A DNA stretch of 48,973 nt, taken from positions 1 through 48,973 of the forward strand of contig QKCY01000601.1 in the NCBI GenBank assembly GCA_003245525.1, given 5' to 3'. Position 1 is the stretch's first letter. Each line of letters begins with the position of its first letter. The DNA comes from Victivallales bacterium. GTDB lineage: Bacteria > Verrucomicrobiota > Lentisphaeria > Oligosphaerales > Lenti-02. Positions 36,695 through 46,798 of the stretch are shown here, one piece after another. Position numbers and translations under genes: made by a program. The notes below the pieces were generated by a model, which did no database searches, was not told the origin of the DNA, and was given only the letters and a program-made list of their open reading frames with translations.

Positions 36695-38005
36695 ATGGTC
36701 AAGATCGCGATCATCGGCGGTTCCGGTCTCGAAGACCCGCAGATTCTGCAGGATCCCCAAGTTCTCAACGTCACCACGCCCTACGGTCCCCCCAGCTCCC
36801 CGATCACCTGCGGGCGCATCGGCGGCGTCGAGGTGGCGATCCTCTCCCGGCATGGGCGCGACCACCATCTGCCTCCCACCCATGTCCCCAACCGGGCCAA
36901 CATCCAGGCCATCAAGGACCTCGGCTGCACCCATATTCTCGCCACCACGGCGGTGGGCTCCCTGCAGGAGGAGATCGGCCGGGGCGATCTGGTCATCATC
37001 GATCAGTTCATCGATTTCACCCGCCACCGGCAGGTGACCTTCCACGACGATTTCAGCGGTGGCATGCGCCACACGGCCATGGCCGAGCCCTTCGACAAAT
37101 CCCTCCGCGACTATCTCGCCGCCGCCGCCGCCGAACTGAGCCTCAAGGTTCATCGCCGGGGCACGGTGGTTACCATCGAGGGACCCCGCTTCTCCACCCG
37201 TGCCGAGTCCCACATGTTCCGGGCCTGGGGTGCGGACATCATCAACATGTCCACCGCACCCGAGGCGGCCCTGGCCAACGAGGCCGGCATCCCCTACGCC
37301 GCCGTAGCCATGAGCACCGACTACGATTGCTGGAAGGAGGACGAGGCACCGGTCACCTGGGAGGCCGTCCTTGAGATTTTCCACCAGAACGCGGCCAACG
37401 TGAAGAACCTGCTGGTCAAGGCCATTCCCGCCATCGCCAAGGGCACCCCGCCGCCCGCCCTGGACGACGCCACGCGGGACGAGATCAAGAGCATGTTCCG
37501 CACGGTACCGAACTTCCCCATCCCCGGGGTCATGTTCCGCGACGTCACCACCCTCATCAAGAACCCGCGCGGCCTGAAGCTCGTCACCGAGGCCTTCGCC
37601 GACCGCTACCGGGACCGGAACGTGGACGCGGTCGCGGGGATCGAGAGCCGCGGCTTCGTGCTCGGCAGCGTGCTGGCGCACGCCCTCGGAGTCGGGTTCG
37701 TCCTGTTGCGCAAGCCCGGCAAGCTGCCTGCCGACATCGAGCGGGTGGAATACACCACCGAGTACTCCACCGACGCCATCGAGGTCCATCGCGACGGCAT
37801 CGAGGCGGGCCAGCGGGTGCTGGTCGTGGACGACCTTATTGCGACCGGTGGCACCGCCCTGGCCGCCTGCCAGCTCGTCGAGAAGCTTGGCGGCAAGGTG
37901 GTCGAGTGCGCTTTCGTCGTGGACCTGCCCGATCTGGGCGGGGCGGACAAACTGCGCGAGGCGGGGTACAAGCCTTTCCATCTGGTCGAGTTCGAGGGCG
38001 AATAG
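36695..38005 (+). CDS. mtnP: Fusion of S-methyl-5'-thioadenosine phosphorylase (MtnP) and adenine phosphoribosyltransferase (Apt)
   Basis: N-half IAIIGGSG, TPYG, LSRHGRDH, TIEGPRFSTRAES, INMS, STDYDCW; C-half PNFPIPGVMFRDVT, GIESRGF, RKPGKLP, VLVVDDLIATGGT; single frame, GGAGG before ATG 36695. Confidence 0.9.
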   Translation: MVKIAIIGGSGLEDPQILQDPQVLNVTTPYGPPSSPITCGRIGGVEVAILSRHGRDHHLPPTHVPNRANIQAIKDLGCTHILATTAVGSLQEEIGRGDLVIIDQFIDFTRHRQVTFHDDFSGGMRHTAMAEPFDKSLRDYLAAAAAELSLKVHRRGTVVTIEGPRFSTRAESHMFRAWGADIINMSTAPEAALANEAGIPYAAVAMSTDYDCWKEDEAPVTWEAVLEIFHQNAANVKNLLVKAIPAIAKGTPPPALDDATRDEIKSMFRTVPNFPIPGVMFRDVTTLIKNPRGLKLVTEAFADRYRDRNVDAVAGIESRGFVLGSVLAHALGVGFVLLRKPGKLPADIERVEYTTEYSTDAIEVHRDGIEAGQRVLVVDDLIATGGTALAACQLVEKLGGKVVECAFVVDLPDLGGADKLREAGYKPFHLVEFEGE

Positions 38006-38014
38006 GAGCCACCC

Positions 38015-39118
38015 ATGAAGGTCGACGGCATCCCCTACCGCACCATTTGGCCGGCGGCGGACGATCCCGGCGTGGTCGAGATCATCGATCAACGCCATCT
38101 GCCCCACCGCTTTGTCATCGAGCGCCTTGCTTCCGTGAACGAGGTCGCCATCGCCATCCGCGAGATGCATGTGCGCGGAGCCGGGCTGATCGGGGCCACG
38201 GCTGGCTGGGGCATGTACCTCGCCGCCCGCGAAGCCGCCGATGTCGCCGGCTTGCGCGCCTTTGGCGACCAGCTCAAGGCCACCCGGCCCACCGCCGTCA
38301 ATCTCGCCTGGGCGGTGGACCGCCAGCTCGCCGTCCTCGAACCCATCGTCGGGCAGCAGGCCCGAGTCGAAGCCGCCCGCGAGTTGGCCATGACCATCGC
38401 CGACGAGGATGCCGAATGCTGCCGTCGGCTGGGCCAGCACGGCCTCGAACTCATCCGCGAAATCGCCGCCCGCAAGGGGGGAAAGCCGGTCAATGTCCTC
38501 ACCCACTGCAACGCGGGTTGGCTTGCCTTTGTCGACCACGGTTCCGCCACCGGCCCCATCTATGCCGCCTTCGAGGCGGGCATCCCCATCCATGTGTGGG
38601 TGGACGAGACCCGGCCCCGCAACCAGGGCGCCCGGCTCACTGCCTGGGAGCTGGGGCAGCACGGCGTGCCCCATACCATCATCGCCGACAACACCGGCGG
38701 CCACCTCATGCAGCACGGTCTGGTAGACCTTGTGATCGTGGGAGCCGACCGGGTCACCTACACCGGTTTCGCCGCCAACAAGATCGGCACCTATCTGAAG
38801 GCCTTGGCTGCCGCCGACAACGGCGTGCCCTTCTATGTCGCCCTGCCCTCGTCCACCTTCGACTGGACCATGCAGGACGGCATCCGCGAGATTCCCATCG
38901 AACAGCGCGGCAACGAGGAGGTGAAGTACATGGACGGGGTCACGGCAGATGGCCGGATCGAAGAGGTGCTCGTCACCCCGCCGGGCAGCCCCGCCGCCAA
39001 CTACGGCTTCGACGTCACGCCCCCCCGGCTCATCACCGGGCTCATCACCGAGCGCGGCATCATCCGTCCTGCCGATGAGAAAACCATCCTGGCCGCCTTC
39101 CCCGAGAAGCGGAGCTAG
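38015..39118 (+). CDS. mtnA: S-methyl-5-thioribose-1-phosphate isomerase
   Basis: IIDQRHLP, MHVRGAG, ATRPTAVNL, LTHCNAGWLA, DETRPRNQGARLTAWEL, ANKIGTY, FDVTP...ITERG. Confidence 0.95.
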   Translation: MKVDGIPYRTIWPAADDPGVVEIIDQRHLPHRFVIERLASVNEVAIAIREMHVRGAGLIGATAGWGMYLAAREAADVAGLRAFGDQLKATRPTAVNLAWAVDRQLAVLEPIVGQQARVEAARELAMTIADEDAECCRRLGQHGLELIREIAARKGGKPVNVLTHCNAGWLAFVDHGSATGPIYAAFEAGIPIHVWVDETRPRNQGARLTAWELGQHGVPHTIIADNTGGHLMQHGLVDLVIVGADRVTYTGFAANKIGTYLKALAAADNGVPFYVALPSSTFDWTMQDGIREIPIEQRGNEEVKYMDGVTADGRIEEVLVTPPGSPAANYGFDVTPPRLITGLITERGIIRPADEKTILAAFPEKRS

Positions 39119-39285
39119 TCAGCCTTGCCATCGCTGGAGTTGGGCGCTAGATTTGGCTTCCCCATAGTTCGGGCGGACAATATGGGAACCTCGGGCGTTC
39201 TTGCGTGACCAAACGTGTTCAGCCCCGCGTCCGCCACTCCTGTACAGTATTGTTTCAAGCCGACGTTCTGAAGGAACGAGACTAG

Positions 39286-41244
39286 ATGAAAGATACGGGT
39301 CGGCCCTTCACCCTAAGCTGGATTGCTGCCCTGATCGGGTTCGGTCTGGAACTGGCGGCAGTGTTTCTCGGCAACGCCGCGAACTCGACGACGATGGCTT
39401 GCGGCTATCTTGCCACTGGCATGGTCATGGTGATGGCCCTCTTCGCGCTGGGGCGGACCCGCCTCGAGAAGCGGCGCCAGATCGAGTCGGAGCAACTGGA
39501 GGAATACCGGCGCACCCACGGGGCGACCGAGCTGTTCGACGACGCCGACGAGGCGGTGCGCCTCGCCGCCCGCGCCAGCGAGCAGTACGTGAAGTACTTC
39601 GTGCCGACCGTGACGGTCATCGTCGGGGGTCTGCTCATCCTGCGCGTATGGATGCGCTGGTACGCCTGGGACCGCCTCATGGTCTTCCCGTTGGCGGAAC
39701 GGCCGCTGGCCATGGGTGCCATCTCGATGGCCCTCTTCATCGGCTCGATCATCGCCAGCAGCTACTTCGTCGGCGTGTCCCGGGAGCATGGCTGCCGGTG
39801 GTTGCGCCCCGCCGGGTCCTGGATGTTCTTCGCCGGGCTCATCTTCCTGGCCAATTCCGGGGTCATGGCCTGCGAGCATTTCCAGAAATGGGCGGACGTG
39901 ATCGACCTGCGCGTGGCCCGGGTGGCGGCCGTCATCCTCCTGGTTCTTGGCGTGGAACTGCTCTTCAGTGTCGTCATCGAGTTCTACCGGCCCCGCATTC
40001 CCGGTGAACAGGAGCGGCCGATCGCCGAGAGCCGCCTGCTGGCCCTCTTCACCGAGCCGGGCGGCGTCGCCCGCAACATCGCGGCCAGCCTGGACTACCA
40101 GTTCGGCTTCCAGGTCTCCGAGGCCCGGTTCTACCGCTTCCTGGAACGCACCATCGTCCCGGCCGTTCTGCTGCTGCTACTCCTCCTCTGGGCCCAGACT
40201 TGCCTGGTCGTGGTGAAAGAGGACGAGAACGGCCTCCGCGAGCACTTCGGCAAGGTGGCCCGGGAGCCACTGGTGGCCGGTGTCTACTTCAAATGGCCGA
40301 CCCCCTTCGAGCGTATCCACCGCTTCCCCGTACACCAGGTCCAGAAAATTGGCCTGGGCTACACGGACGACGAGGATCCGCAACAGCCCACCAACGCGCA
40401 CCGAGTCATCGTCTGGTCGGTCCAGCACCGCAAAGAGGAGACCAAGTACATCGTGGCCAGCAAACTGGCCAAGGGGACCGACAGCGGCGGGCAGAACGAC
40501 GCGAAGGCCCCGGTTAGCGTGTATTCGCTCAGCGCCGATGTCCCCCTCTATTTCCGGGTGAAGAACCTCTACCAGTACATGTATGGCTATCAGACCGGGT
40601 TCGACGAAGTCAATCAGCGTCCCGTCTATGGTGCCAGCGAGGCACTCCGGAACATCGCCTCCCGCGAACTGGTCGACTACCTGTCGGCCGTGGACTTCTT
40701 TTCCATCCTGACCGGAGGGCGCGAGAAGGGGGCGGAGTTTCTGAAGACGCGCATCCAGCGGGAAGCCGACCAGCAGGGCCTGGGCATCGAGGTGGTGTTC
40801 GTCGGCCTCCAGGGAATCCATCCCCCGGTCGAAGTCGGTGCCAAGTACGACCAGGTCGCGGCTTCCAGCGAGGAGCGGGAGGAGATCATCCTCAAGGCCG
40901 ACTCCTACAGCATCCAGAAGGTCCTGCGGGCCCAGGGCGACCAGGCCCGCATTGTCGGCGAAGCCGAGAGCTACCGGGCCCAGCAGATGAGCGAGCCCAT
41001 CGCCATCGCCAACCGGTTCACCAAGCAACTGCTCGGCTACCGGAACTGCCCCCAGGTCTTCATCCTCTACTCCCTGCTCGACGTGATGGAGAACGAGGGC
41101 AACCAGGCCCGCAAGTTCGTCGTGGCGGCCGACACCGGCCGCCAGGTCTACATTCTCGACCTGCTCGACAAACTGAGCAGCGGCCTGCTCGACCTCCCCG
41201 TGAACGGACAGGCGAACCAGAACGACGAAAACAAGAATAACTAG
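39286..41244 (+). CDS. SPFH/HflK-like protein with large N-terminal multi-TM domain
   Basis: ~7 hydrophobic helices, then VVVKEDENGLREHFGK...GVYFKWPTPFE and GLGIEVVFVGLQGIHPPVEV SPFH motifs. Confidence 0.8.
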   Translation: MKDTGRPFTLSWIAALIGFGLELAAVFLGNAANSTTMACGYLATGMVMVMALFALGRTRLEKRRQIESEQLEEYRRTHGATELFDDADEAVRLAARASEQYVKYFVPTVTVIVGGLLILRVWMRWYAWDRLMVFPLAERPLAMGAISMALFIGSIIASSYFVGVSREHGCRWLRPAGSWMFFAGLIFLANSGVMACEHFQKWADVIDLRVARVAAVILLVLGVELLFSVVIEFYRPRIPGEQERPIAESRLLALFTEPGGVARNIAASLDYQFGFQVSEARFYRFLERTIVPAVLLLLLLLWAQTCLVVVKEDENGLREHFGKVAREPLVAGVYFKWPTPFERIHRFPVHQVQKIGLGYTDDEDPQQPTNAHRVIVWSVQHRKEETKYIVASKLAKGTDSGGQNDAKAPVSVYSLSADVPLYFRVKNLYQYMYGYQTGFDEVNQRPVYGASEALRNIASRELVDYLSAVDFFSILTGGREKGAEFLKTRIQREADQQGLGIEVVFVGLQGIHPPVEVGAKYDQVAASSEEREEIILKADSYSIQKVLRAQGDQARIVGEAESYRAQQMSEPIAIANRFTKQLLGYRNCPQVFILYSLLDVMENEGNQARKFVVAADTGRQVYILDLLDKLSSGLLDLPVNGQANQNDENKNN

Positions 41245-41277
41245 CCACTATCCAGCTTGTTCCGGAGACCCCTACCG

Positions 41278-42276
41278 ATGGCGAAGAAAAGTGAGTTGAT
41301 GCGGCACTGGCCAATCATCGTCCTGGCCCTGGTGGTGCTGGGCATTTTCCTGGCCGCCTGCGTGACCTTCCAGGTCCAGGAGTACGAGACCGCGATCGTC
41401 AAGACCTTTGGCGAGGCCCGCAAGAATGCCGACGGCACGGTCAAGATCTACGATCCGGGCCTCCACTTCCGTTGGCCCGCCCCCATCGACGACGTGTGGC
41501 GGCACGACAAGCGCATCCAGGCCTACGAACTGGAAACGGGCCGGGTGGAACAGATCCAGAGCAACGACGACTACATGGTCGTCGTCACCACCTTCGTGCT
41601 CTGGCGGGTGGGTGATGCCGGCCTCTTCATGCGGGCGGTCTCCAACACCAACGAGGCCGAGCGGAAGCTCGACGATCTCGTGCGCAACAGCCGCAACATC
41701 GTCCTCGGCCGCCACAACCTCTCCCAGCTTATCCAGGTTCGCGACCTGGGTGAACTCGCCAATCCCGAGAACGACGAACTTGGCAAGCTGGAGAAGGAAA
41801 TCCTCGACGACGTGAGCCCCCGGGCCCTCCGTGATTTTGGCATCGACGTTGTCCATGTGGGCATCAAGCACCTCGGCTTCCCGGCAGAAGTCACTCGCAA
41901 GGTCTTCGACCGGATGATCGCCGAGCGCGACCGCAAAGTCCGCGAGCACATCGCCGAGGGCGAGAGCCGCGCGGTCGAGATCAAGGCGGAAGCGGATCGC
42001 AAGGCGCGGGACATCCGCACCACCGCCGAGGCCAAGGCCAAGGGCATCCGGGCCGAGGGTGACGAAGCCGCCGCCAAGGCCTTTGCCGCCTTCGCCGAGA
42101 ACCCCGAACTGGCCAGCTTCCTCCGCAAGCTCGAATCCCTGCGCAAGACGCTGAGCGACAAGACGACGCTCGTGCTCGACACCAACACCCCCCCCTATGA
42201 CATGCTGAGCGCCGACGCCCTCAAGTTCGCCACCGAACAGGCCAAGCAGGCGGAGCAGAAGGACGCCGCGAAATGA
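41278..42276 (+). CDS. HflC-like SPFH protein
   Basis: FQVQEYETAIVKTFGE, PGLHFRWP, FGIDVVHVGIK, VFDRMIAER, AEGE..A.EIKAEA, FLRKLE. Confidence 0.85.
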   Translation: MAKKSELMRHWPIIVLALVVLGIFLAACVTFQVQEYETAIVKTFGEARKNADGTVKIYDPGLHFRWPAPIDDVWRHDKRIQAYELETGRVEQIQSNDDYMVVVTTFVLWRVGDAGLFMRAVSNTNEAERKLDDLVRNSRNIVLGRHNLSQLIQVRDLGELANPENDELGKLEKEILDDVSPRALRDFGIDVVHVGIKHLGFPAEVTRKVFDRMIAERDRKVREHIAEGESRAVEIKAEADRKARDIRTTAEAKAKGIRAEGDEAAAKAFAAFAENPELASFLRKLESLRKTLSDKTTLVLDTNTPPYDMLSADALKFATEQAKQAEQKDAAK

Positions 42277-43460
42277 GTGAGGTCCCCGCCAGAACCGCAA
42301 GCGGCGAGCAGGCAGGGTCCGGGCTTCAGTCCCTGGTGAAGACCCTCCAGGTCCTCTTTTTCCTGCTCCGCATCACGATTATCATCATCTTCGTCTGGCT
42401 GCTCTTCAGCGGCGTGTTCTTCGTCGACGAGCAGGAAGAGGCGATGCTGTTCCACTTCGGCAAGCTCACTTCCCGCGTGATCGATCCGGCCCAGGGCCCC
42501 ACCAGTCTCCTGACCAGTGGCCGCTGGTACTGGGCCTGGCCCTACCCCATCGACACGGTCAAGCGCATCCCCGCCCGCAAGTCCATCACGGTCAGCACGG
42601 AAGGGCACTTCTGGCCCCCCATCAACCGGAACGCGACCGACGCCGCCACCGCCAGCATCAAGACCGAGACCCTGGAGCCCGGCCAGGGCGGCTACCTGCT
42701 GACCTACGACGCCAACATCATCCACGCCGAGTGGTCGGTCACCTTCCGGCCCAAGGATGCCAAGAGCTACTATCTCGATTTCTTCCAGGATCCCGCCGTC
42801 AGCGAGAAGAAGCGCGATATCGGGATGCAGCGTGGAATCGAGGCGGTGATCCGAGACCTCCTGGAGAACGCCGTGCTGGCCGAAACCAGCCAGTGGGACG
42901 CCGAGGATGTCATCCGCGGATCGCGCACTGTCCGGGACGCGAAGGACGAGGAGGTCGTGGAGACCCTCCAATCCAACGTCACCAACCGACTCATCCGGCT
43001 GGTCGATGAACTGCACATCGGCATCGAGGTCCAGCAGGTGAATCTGGTGGACCGCCAGCCTCCCCTGGCCACCGCTGCGGCCTTCCAGCAGGTCAGCGGC
43101 GCGGCCCAGACCCGCGACGAACTGGTCCGCGGCGCGGAAGCCTATGCGGCCCAGGAAGAGAGCCGCGCCGTCGGCGAGGCCCGGCGGATCGAGGAGGAGG
43201 CCATCGCCTACCGGACCCGCATCGTCGAATCCCTGGAGGCCGACCGCAAGTACTTCGAGGCCATGCTGGTCGAGTTCCGCAAGAACCCCGACACGATGCT
43301 GACCTCCCTCTACTCGGAGGCCCTGCGCGACATTCTGGCCCAGGTCCAGAAGAAGTACATCCTGCACACCAGCGCCAATGGCGAGCAGGAACTGCGCCTC
43401 CAGATCGGACCCGAGAAGCCCAGAGCGGCAAACACGGCCAGTACCGGCAGCGACCAATAG
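42273..43460 (+). CDS. HflK-like SPFH protein
   Basis: SGVFFVDEQEEAMLFHFGK, WAWPYPID, GYLLTYDANIIH, IGIEVQQVNL..QPP..AAAFQQV; ATGA overlap. Confidence 0.82.
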   Translation: MSEVPARTASGEQAGSGLQSLVKTLQVLFFLLRITIIIIFVWLLFSGVFFVDEQEEAMLFHFGKLTSRVIDPAQGPTSLLTSGRWYWAWPYPIDTVKRIPARKSITVSTEGHFWPPINRNATDAATASIKTETLEPGQGGYLLTYDANIIHAEWSVTFRPKDAKSYYLDFFQDPAVSEKKRDIGMQRGIEAVIRDLLENAVLAETSQWDAEDVIRGSRTVRDAKDEEVVETLQSNVTNRLIRLVDELHIGIEVQQVNLVDRQPPLATAAAFQQVSGAAQTRDELVRGAEAYAAQEESRAVGEARRIEEEAIAYRTRIVESLEADRKYFEAMLVEFRKNPDTMLTSLYSEALRDILAQVQKKYILHTSANGEQELRLQIGPEKPRAANTASTGSDQ

Positions 43461-43489
43461 GCACCCGGCCCGAACTACGGAATCCATTG

Positions 43490-45451
43490 ATGCTTGCAGA
43501 GAACCTCAGCGAAACGTTCACGGCCCGTAGGCACGGTGACGGCAAGTCCAGCCGGAGCGATGCCATCCGCATGGCGTTCTGCCTGCTCGGGGGTATTCTG
43601 GTCTTCAACTCCTGGCTCGCCACCAAGTACTTTGCCTCCGCCATCGACGCCGAAGCCGCCCAGCTCAGCGCCGCCATCGGGGCGATCATTCTGAGCGCGC
43701 CGATCTTCGTCTCCGCCGTGCGCGACCTGCTCCGCGGCAAGGTGTACATGAACGAACTGGTGACCCTGGCCCTCATCGCCGCCTTCTCGGCCGGTGACTA
43801 TATCACGGCTGGCGCCGTGGCCTTTTTCATGGTCATCACCATCGCCATCGAGCATCGCACCGCCGTCGGTGCCGAAGCCTCCATCGAGTCCCTCATCCGC
43901 CTCACTCCCCGCCGCGCCCGCCGTCTCGCGGACGGCGCGGAAGAGGACGTGGACGTGCTGGATCTCAAGGTCGGCGACATCTGCCGGGTCCGCCCGGGCG
44001 AGAACCTCCCGGCCGACGGCGTTGTGGTCAGCGGCACGAGCAGCATCAACCAGGCCTCGATCACCGGTGAGTCCCTGCCCGCCGACAAGGGCGAGAAGGA
44101 CGAGGTCTACGCCGGTACCACCAACCTTACCGGCCTGATCGACATCCGGGTCACCCGCGTGGGCACCGACACGACCCTCGGCAAGGTGAAGGACCTGATC
44201 CTGGCCGCGGAGCACTCCAAGACCCCGGTCATGCGCATGATCGACCGCTACGTGGGCTACTACACGCCCACCATCCTGATGGTTGCGGCCATGGTCTTCT
44301 TCTTCACTCGCGACCTCAACCGCGTGATCGCCGTACTGGTCATGTCCTGCCCCTGCGCTCTGGTGCTCGCCACCCCCTCGGCCATCATCGCCGCCATCGC
44401 GTCCGCCTCGCGCCTCGGCATCCTCATCAAGGACGTGGCCCACATCGAGCTGGCCGCCAAGATCCGGGCCGTGGTCTTCGACAAGACGGGAACCCTCACT
44501 GAGGGCAACCTCGAAGTCGCCCGCCTGAAACCCGCCGAAGGCGTGGAGCTGGCCGAGCTACTCCAGGTCGCCACCTCCACCGAGTACCACAGCAACCACC
44601 CCGCCGCCGCCGCGCTCAAGCGCCTCGCCAAGGAAGCGGGCATCGCCTGGGAAGACCCCGACCGCTACACGGAAGTGGCGGGCAAGGGCGTCGAAGCGAC
44701 CTATGCGGGCAGCGTCTGCCGCGTCGGCCGCCAGAGCTGGCTCCAGGAGTGCGGACTCGACACCCACGCCGTGAGCGCCGGGCTGGAAGAGGACGACACC
44801 GCTGGCATGAGCGTGGTCTTCGTCTCGTGCGACGAGCGCGTGCTGGGTTGGATCGGTCTGCGCGACGCCATCCGCTCCGTCGCCAAGGAAGCCATTTCGC
44901 AGTTGCGTGAACTCGGCGTCGGCAAGTGCTGCATGGTTACCGGCGATATCGAGCGCGTGGCCCAGCTCGTCGGCGGCAAGATCGGCGTCACCGAGATCCA
45001 GGCGAGCTGCCTGCCCCAGGACAAGGTGACCTTCGTCGAGAACCTAAAGGCCCAGGGCGACCTGGTGGCGGTCGTTGGCGACGGCGTCAACGACGGCCCC
45101 GCCCTGGCGGCTGGTGACATCGGTATCGCCATGGGAGCCATCGGCAGCGACGTGGCCGTCCAGAGTGCCTCCGTCGCCCTCATGAACAACGACCTCCGCC
45201 GTATCCCCTTCTTCATCTCCCTCGCCCGCCGCACCCGCCTGCTGATGAACCAGAATCTGGCAATCGGCCTCGGCTTTATTGTTCTCGGTCTCTATTTCTC
45301 GACACTTGGCTATATTAACGCGGTCGTGGCTGCCGTGCTGCACAGTCTGGGCTCCCTGCTCATTCTCTTCAACAGCGCCCGGCTGGTCCGTACCGGCGAG
45401 GAACTCCAGACCCAGGATTCCGCAGCCGCTTCCAGAAATGTGAACGGATAA
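43490..45451 (+). CDS. Heavy-metal translocating P1B-type ATPase lacking an N-terminal metal-binding domain
   Basis: ITGES, SCPCALVLATP, FDKTGTLT, SNHP, MVTGD, VGDGVNDGPALA. Confidence 0.92.
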   Translation: MLAENLSETFTARRHGDGKSSRSDAIRMAFCLLGGILVFNSWLATKYFASAIDAEAAQLSAAIGAIILSAPIFVSAVRDLLRGKVYMNELVTLALIAAFSAGDYITAGAVAFFMVITIAIEHRTAVGAEASIESLIRLTPRRARRLADGAEEDVDVLDLKVGDICRVRPGENLPADGVVVSGTSSINQASITGESLPADKGEKDEVYAGTTNLTGLIDIRVTRVGTDTTLGKVKDLILAAEHSKTPVMRMIDRYVGYYTPTILMVAAMVFFFTRDLNRVIAVLVMSCPCALVLATPSAIIAAIASASRLGILIKDVAHIELAAKIRAVVFDKTGTLTEGNLEVARLKPAEGVELAELLQVATSTEYHSNHPAAAALKRLAKEAGIAWEDPDRYTEVAGKGVEATYAGSVCRVGRQSWLQECGLDTHAVSAGLEEDDTAGMSVVFVSCDERVLGWIGLRDAIRSVAKEAISQLRELGVGKCCMVTGDIERVAQLVGGKIGVTEIQASCLPQDKVTFVENLKAQGDLVAVVGDGVNDGPALAAGDIGIAMGAIGSDVAVQSASVALMNNDLRRIPFFISLARRTRLLMNQNLAIGLGFIVLGLYFSTLGYINAVVAAVLHSLGSLLILFNSARLVRTGEELQTQDSAAASRNVNG

Positions 45452-45462
45452 GGTTCGAAACT

Positions 45463-46719
45463 ATGCCCGAGACTACCGCTACCGTCGGCACCGCCACCGC
45501 CGCCCCCGTTGCGCCGGGCCAACCAGTCGTCGAAGCCGTCGGTCTGTGCAAGATCTTCCGGGATTTCTGGGGACGCCCGAAGGCCCGCGCCGTGAACGGG
45601 ATCGACTTCACCGTCCGGCAGGGGCAGGTCTTCGGCCTCCTCGGCCCCAACGGTTCGGGCAAGTCCACCACCGTGAAGATGATCCTCGGCCTGCTCTACC
45701 CCACCCGGGGCAAGCTCGAGGTCTTCGGCTCGGCCCCCACCGATGTGCAGACCAAGCACCGGATCGGCTACCTGCCCGAAGAGACCTACCTCTACCGCTA
45801 TCTCACCGCCCGCGAGACCCTCGATTTCTTCGGCGCGCTCTTCGGCCTCTCCCCCACCGAGCGCAAGAACCGCATCGAGCAGTTGCTGGAGATGGTCGGC
45901 TTGGCCAACTCCTTCAACCGGCCGGTCGGCGAATTCTCCAAGGGCATGGCCCGCCGCATCGGCCTGGCCCAGGCTCTGGTGAACGATCCCGACCTGGTGA
46001 TCCTGGACGAGCCCACCAGCGGCCTCGACCCCATCGGTTGCCGCGAGGTGAAGGACGTCATCCGCCTCCTCGCCCAGCGCGGCAAGACCGTCATCCTGTG
46101 CAGCCATCTCCTGGCCGACGTCCAGGACGTCTGCGACGAGGTGGTCGTGCTCTACGGCGGCAAGGTCCGCACCAGCGGCAACCTTTCCGATATCCTGACC
46201 GTCTCCGAGCAGACCCGCATCACCAGCCCCCGGCTGGACCCCGCCACCCTCGACGCGGTCCAGGCCCTGATCCGCGAGCGGGTCGGCAAAGGCGATATCA
46301 GCGTGGACCATCCCACGATGGATCTGGAAGACTTCTTCCTCGAGGTCGTCCGGCAGGCCCGCGAGGCCAGCGTCGAGACGGCGGGCGTGCAGTCGGGTGG
46401 CCGGATCGCCCCCTACCTCCAGGGCGGCGAGGAGACCGCGCCAGCCGATGCCAACCAGTTGCTGGCCGCCCTCAACGCCAGCCGGGCGGAGCCCGTGGCT
46501 CCGGCCCCCTCTCCCGAGCCCCCGGCCGAAGCTCCGGCGGTGGATGTCAGCCGCCTCCAGAAGCTCAGTTCCGACGAACCGGCACCGGTCGCCCCCCCCA
46601 GCGCCGAACAGCGCCAGGAGCAGGAGGCCAAACGCCTGCAGGAGGCCGAGACGGCCCAGCGCAGCGAAGCCAACGAACGGCTCAAGGATCTGCTCGGCGA
46701 CAAGGGCAAAGGCAACTAG
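45463..46719 (+). CDS. ABC-2 type (export) ATP-binding protein with Pro/Ala/Glu-rich C-terminal extension
   Basis: GPNGSGKST, IGYLPE, FSKGMARRIGLAQAL, ILDEPTSGLDP, CSHLL. Confidence 0.88.
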   Translation: MPETTATVGTATAAPVAPGQPVVEAVGLCKIFRDFWGRPKARAVNGIDFTVRQGQVFGLLGPNGSGKSTTVKMILGLLYPTRGKLEVFGSAPTDVQTKHRIGYLPEETYLYRYLTARETLDFFGALFGLSPTERKNRIEQLLEMVGLANSFNRPVGEFSKGMARRIGLAQALVNDPDLVILDEPTSGLDPIGCREVKDVIRLLAQRGKTVILCSHLLADVQDVCDEVVVLYGGKVRTSGNLSDILTVSEQTRITSPRLDPATLDAVQALIRERVGKGDISVDHPTMDLEDFFLEVVRQAREASVETAGVQSGGRIAPYLQGGEETAPADANQLLAALNASRAEPVAPAPSPEPPAEAPAVDVSRLQKLSSDEPAPVAPPSAEQRQEQEAKRLQEAETAQRSEANERLKDLLGDKGKGN

Positions 46720-46798
46720 ACCCGATTTCCCTTCCCTCAGGAACCGTTTCTGAAGTGCTTGGAGCTAGGAGTGCGCGCGACGCGCACGAAGTAGGAGT

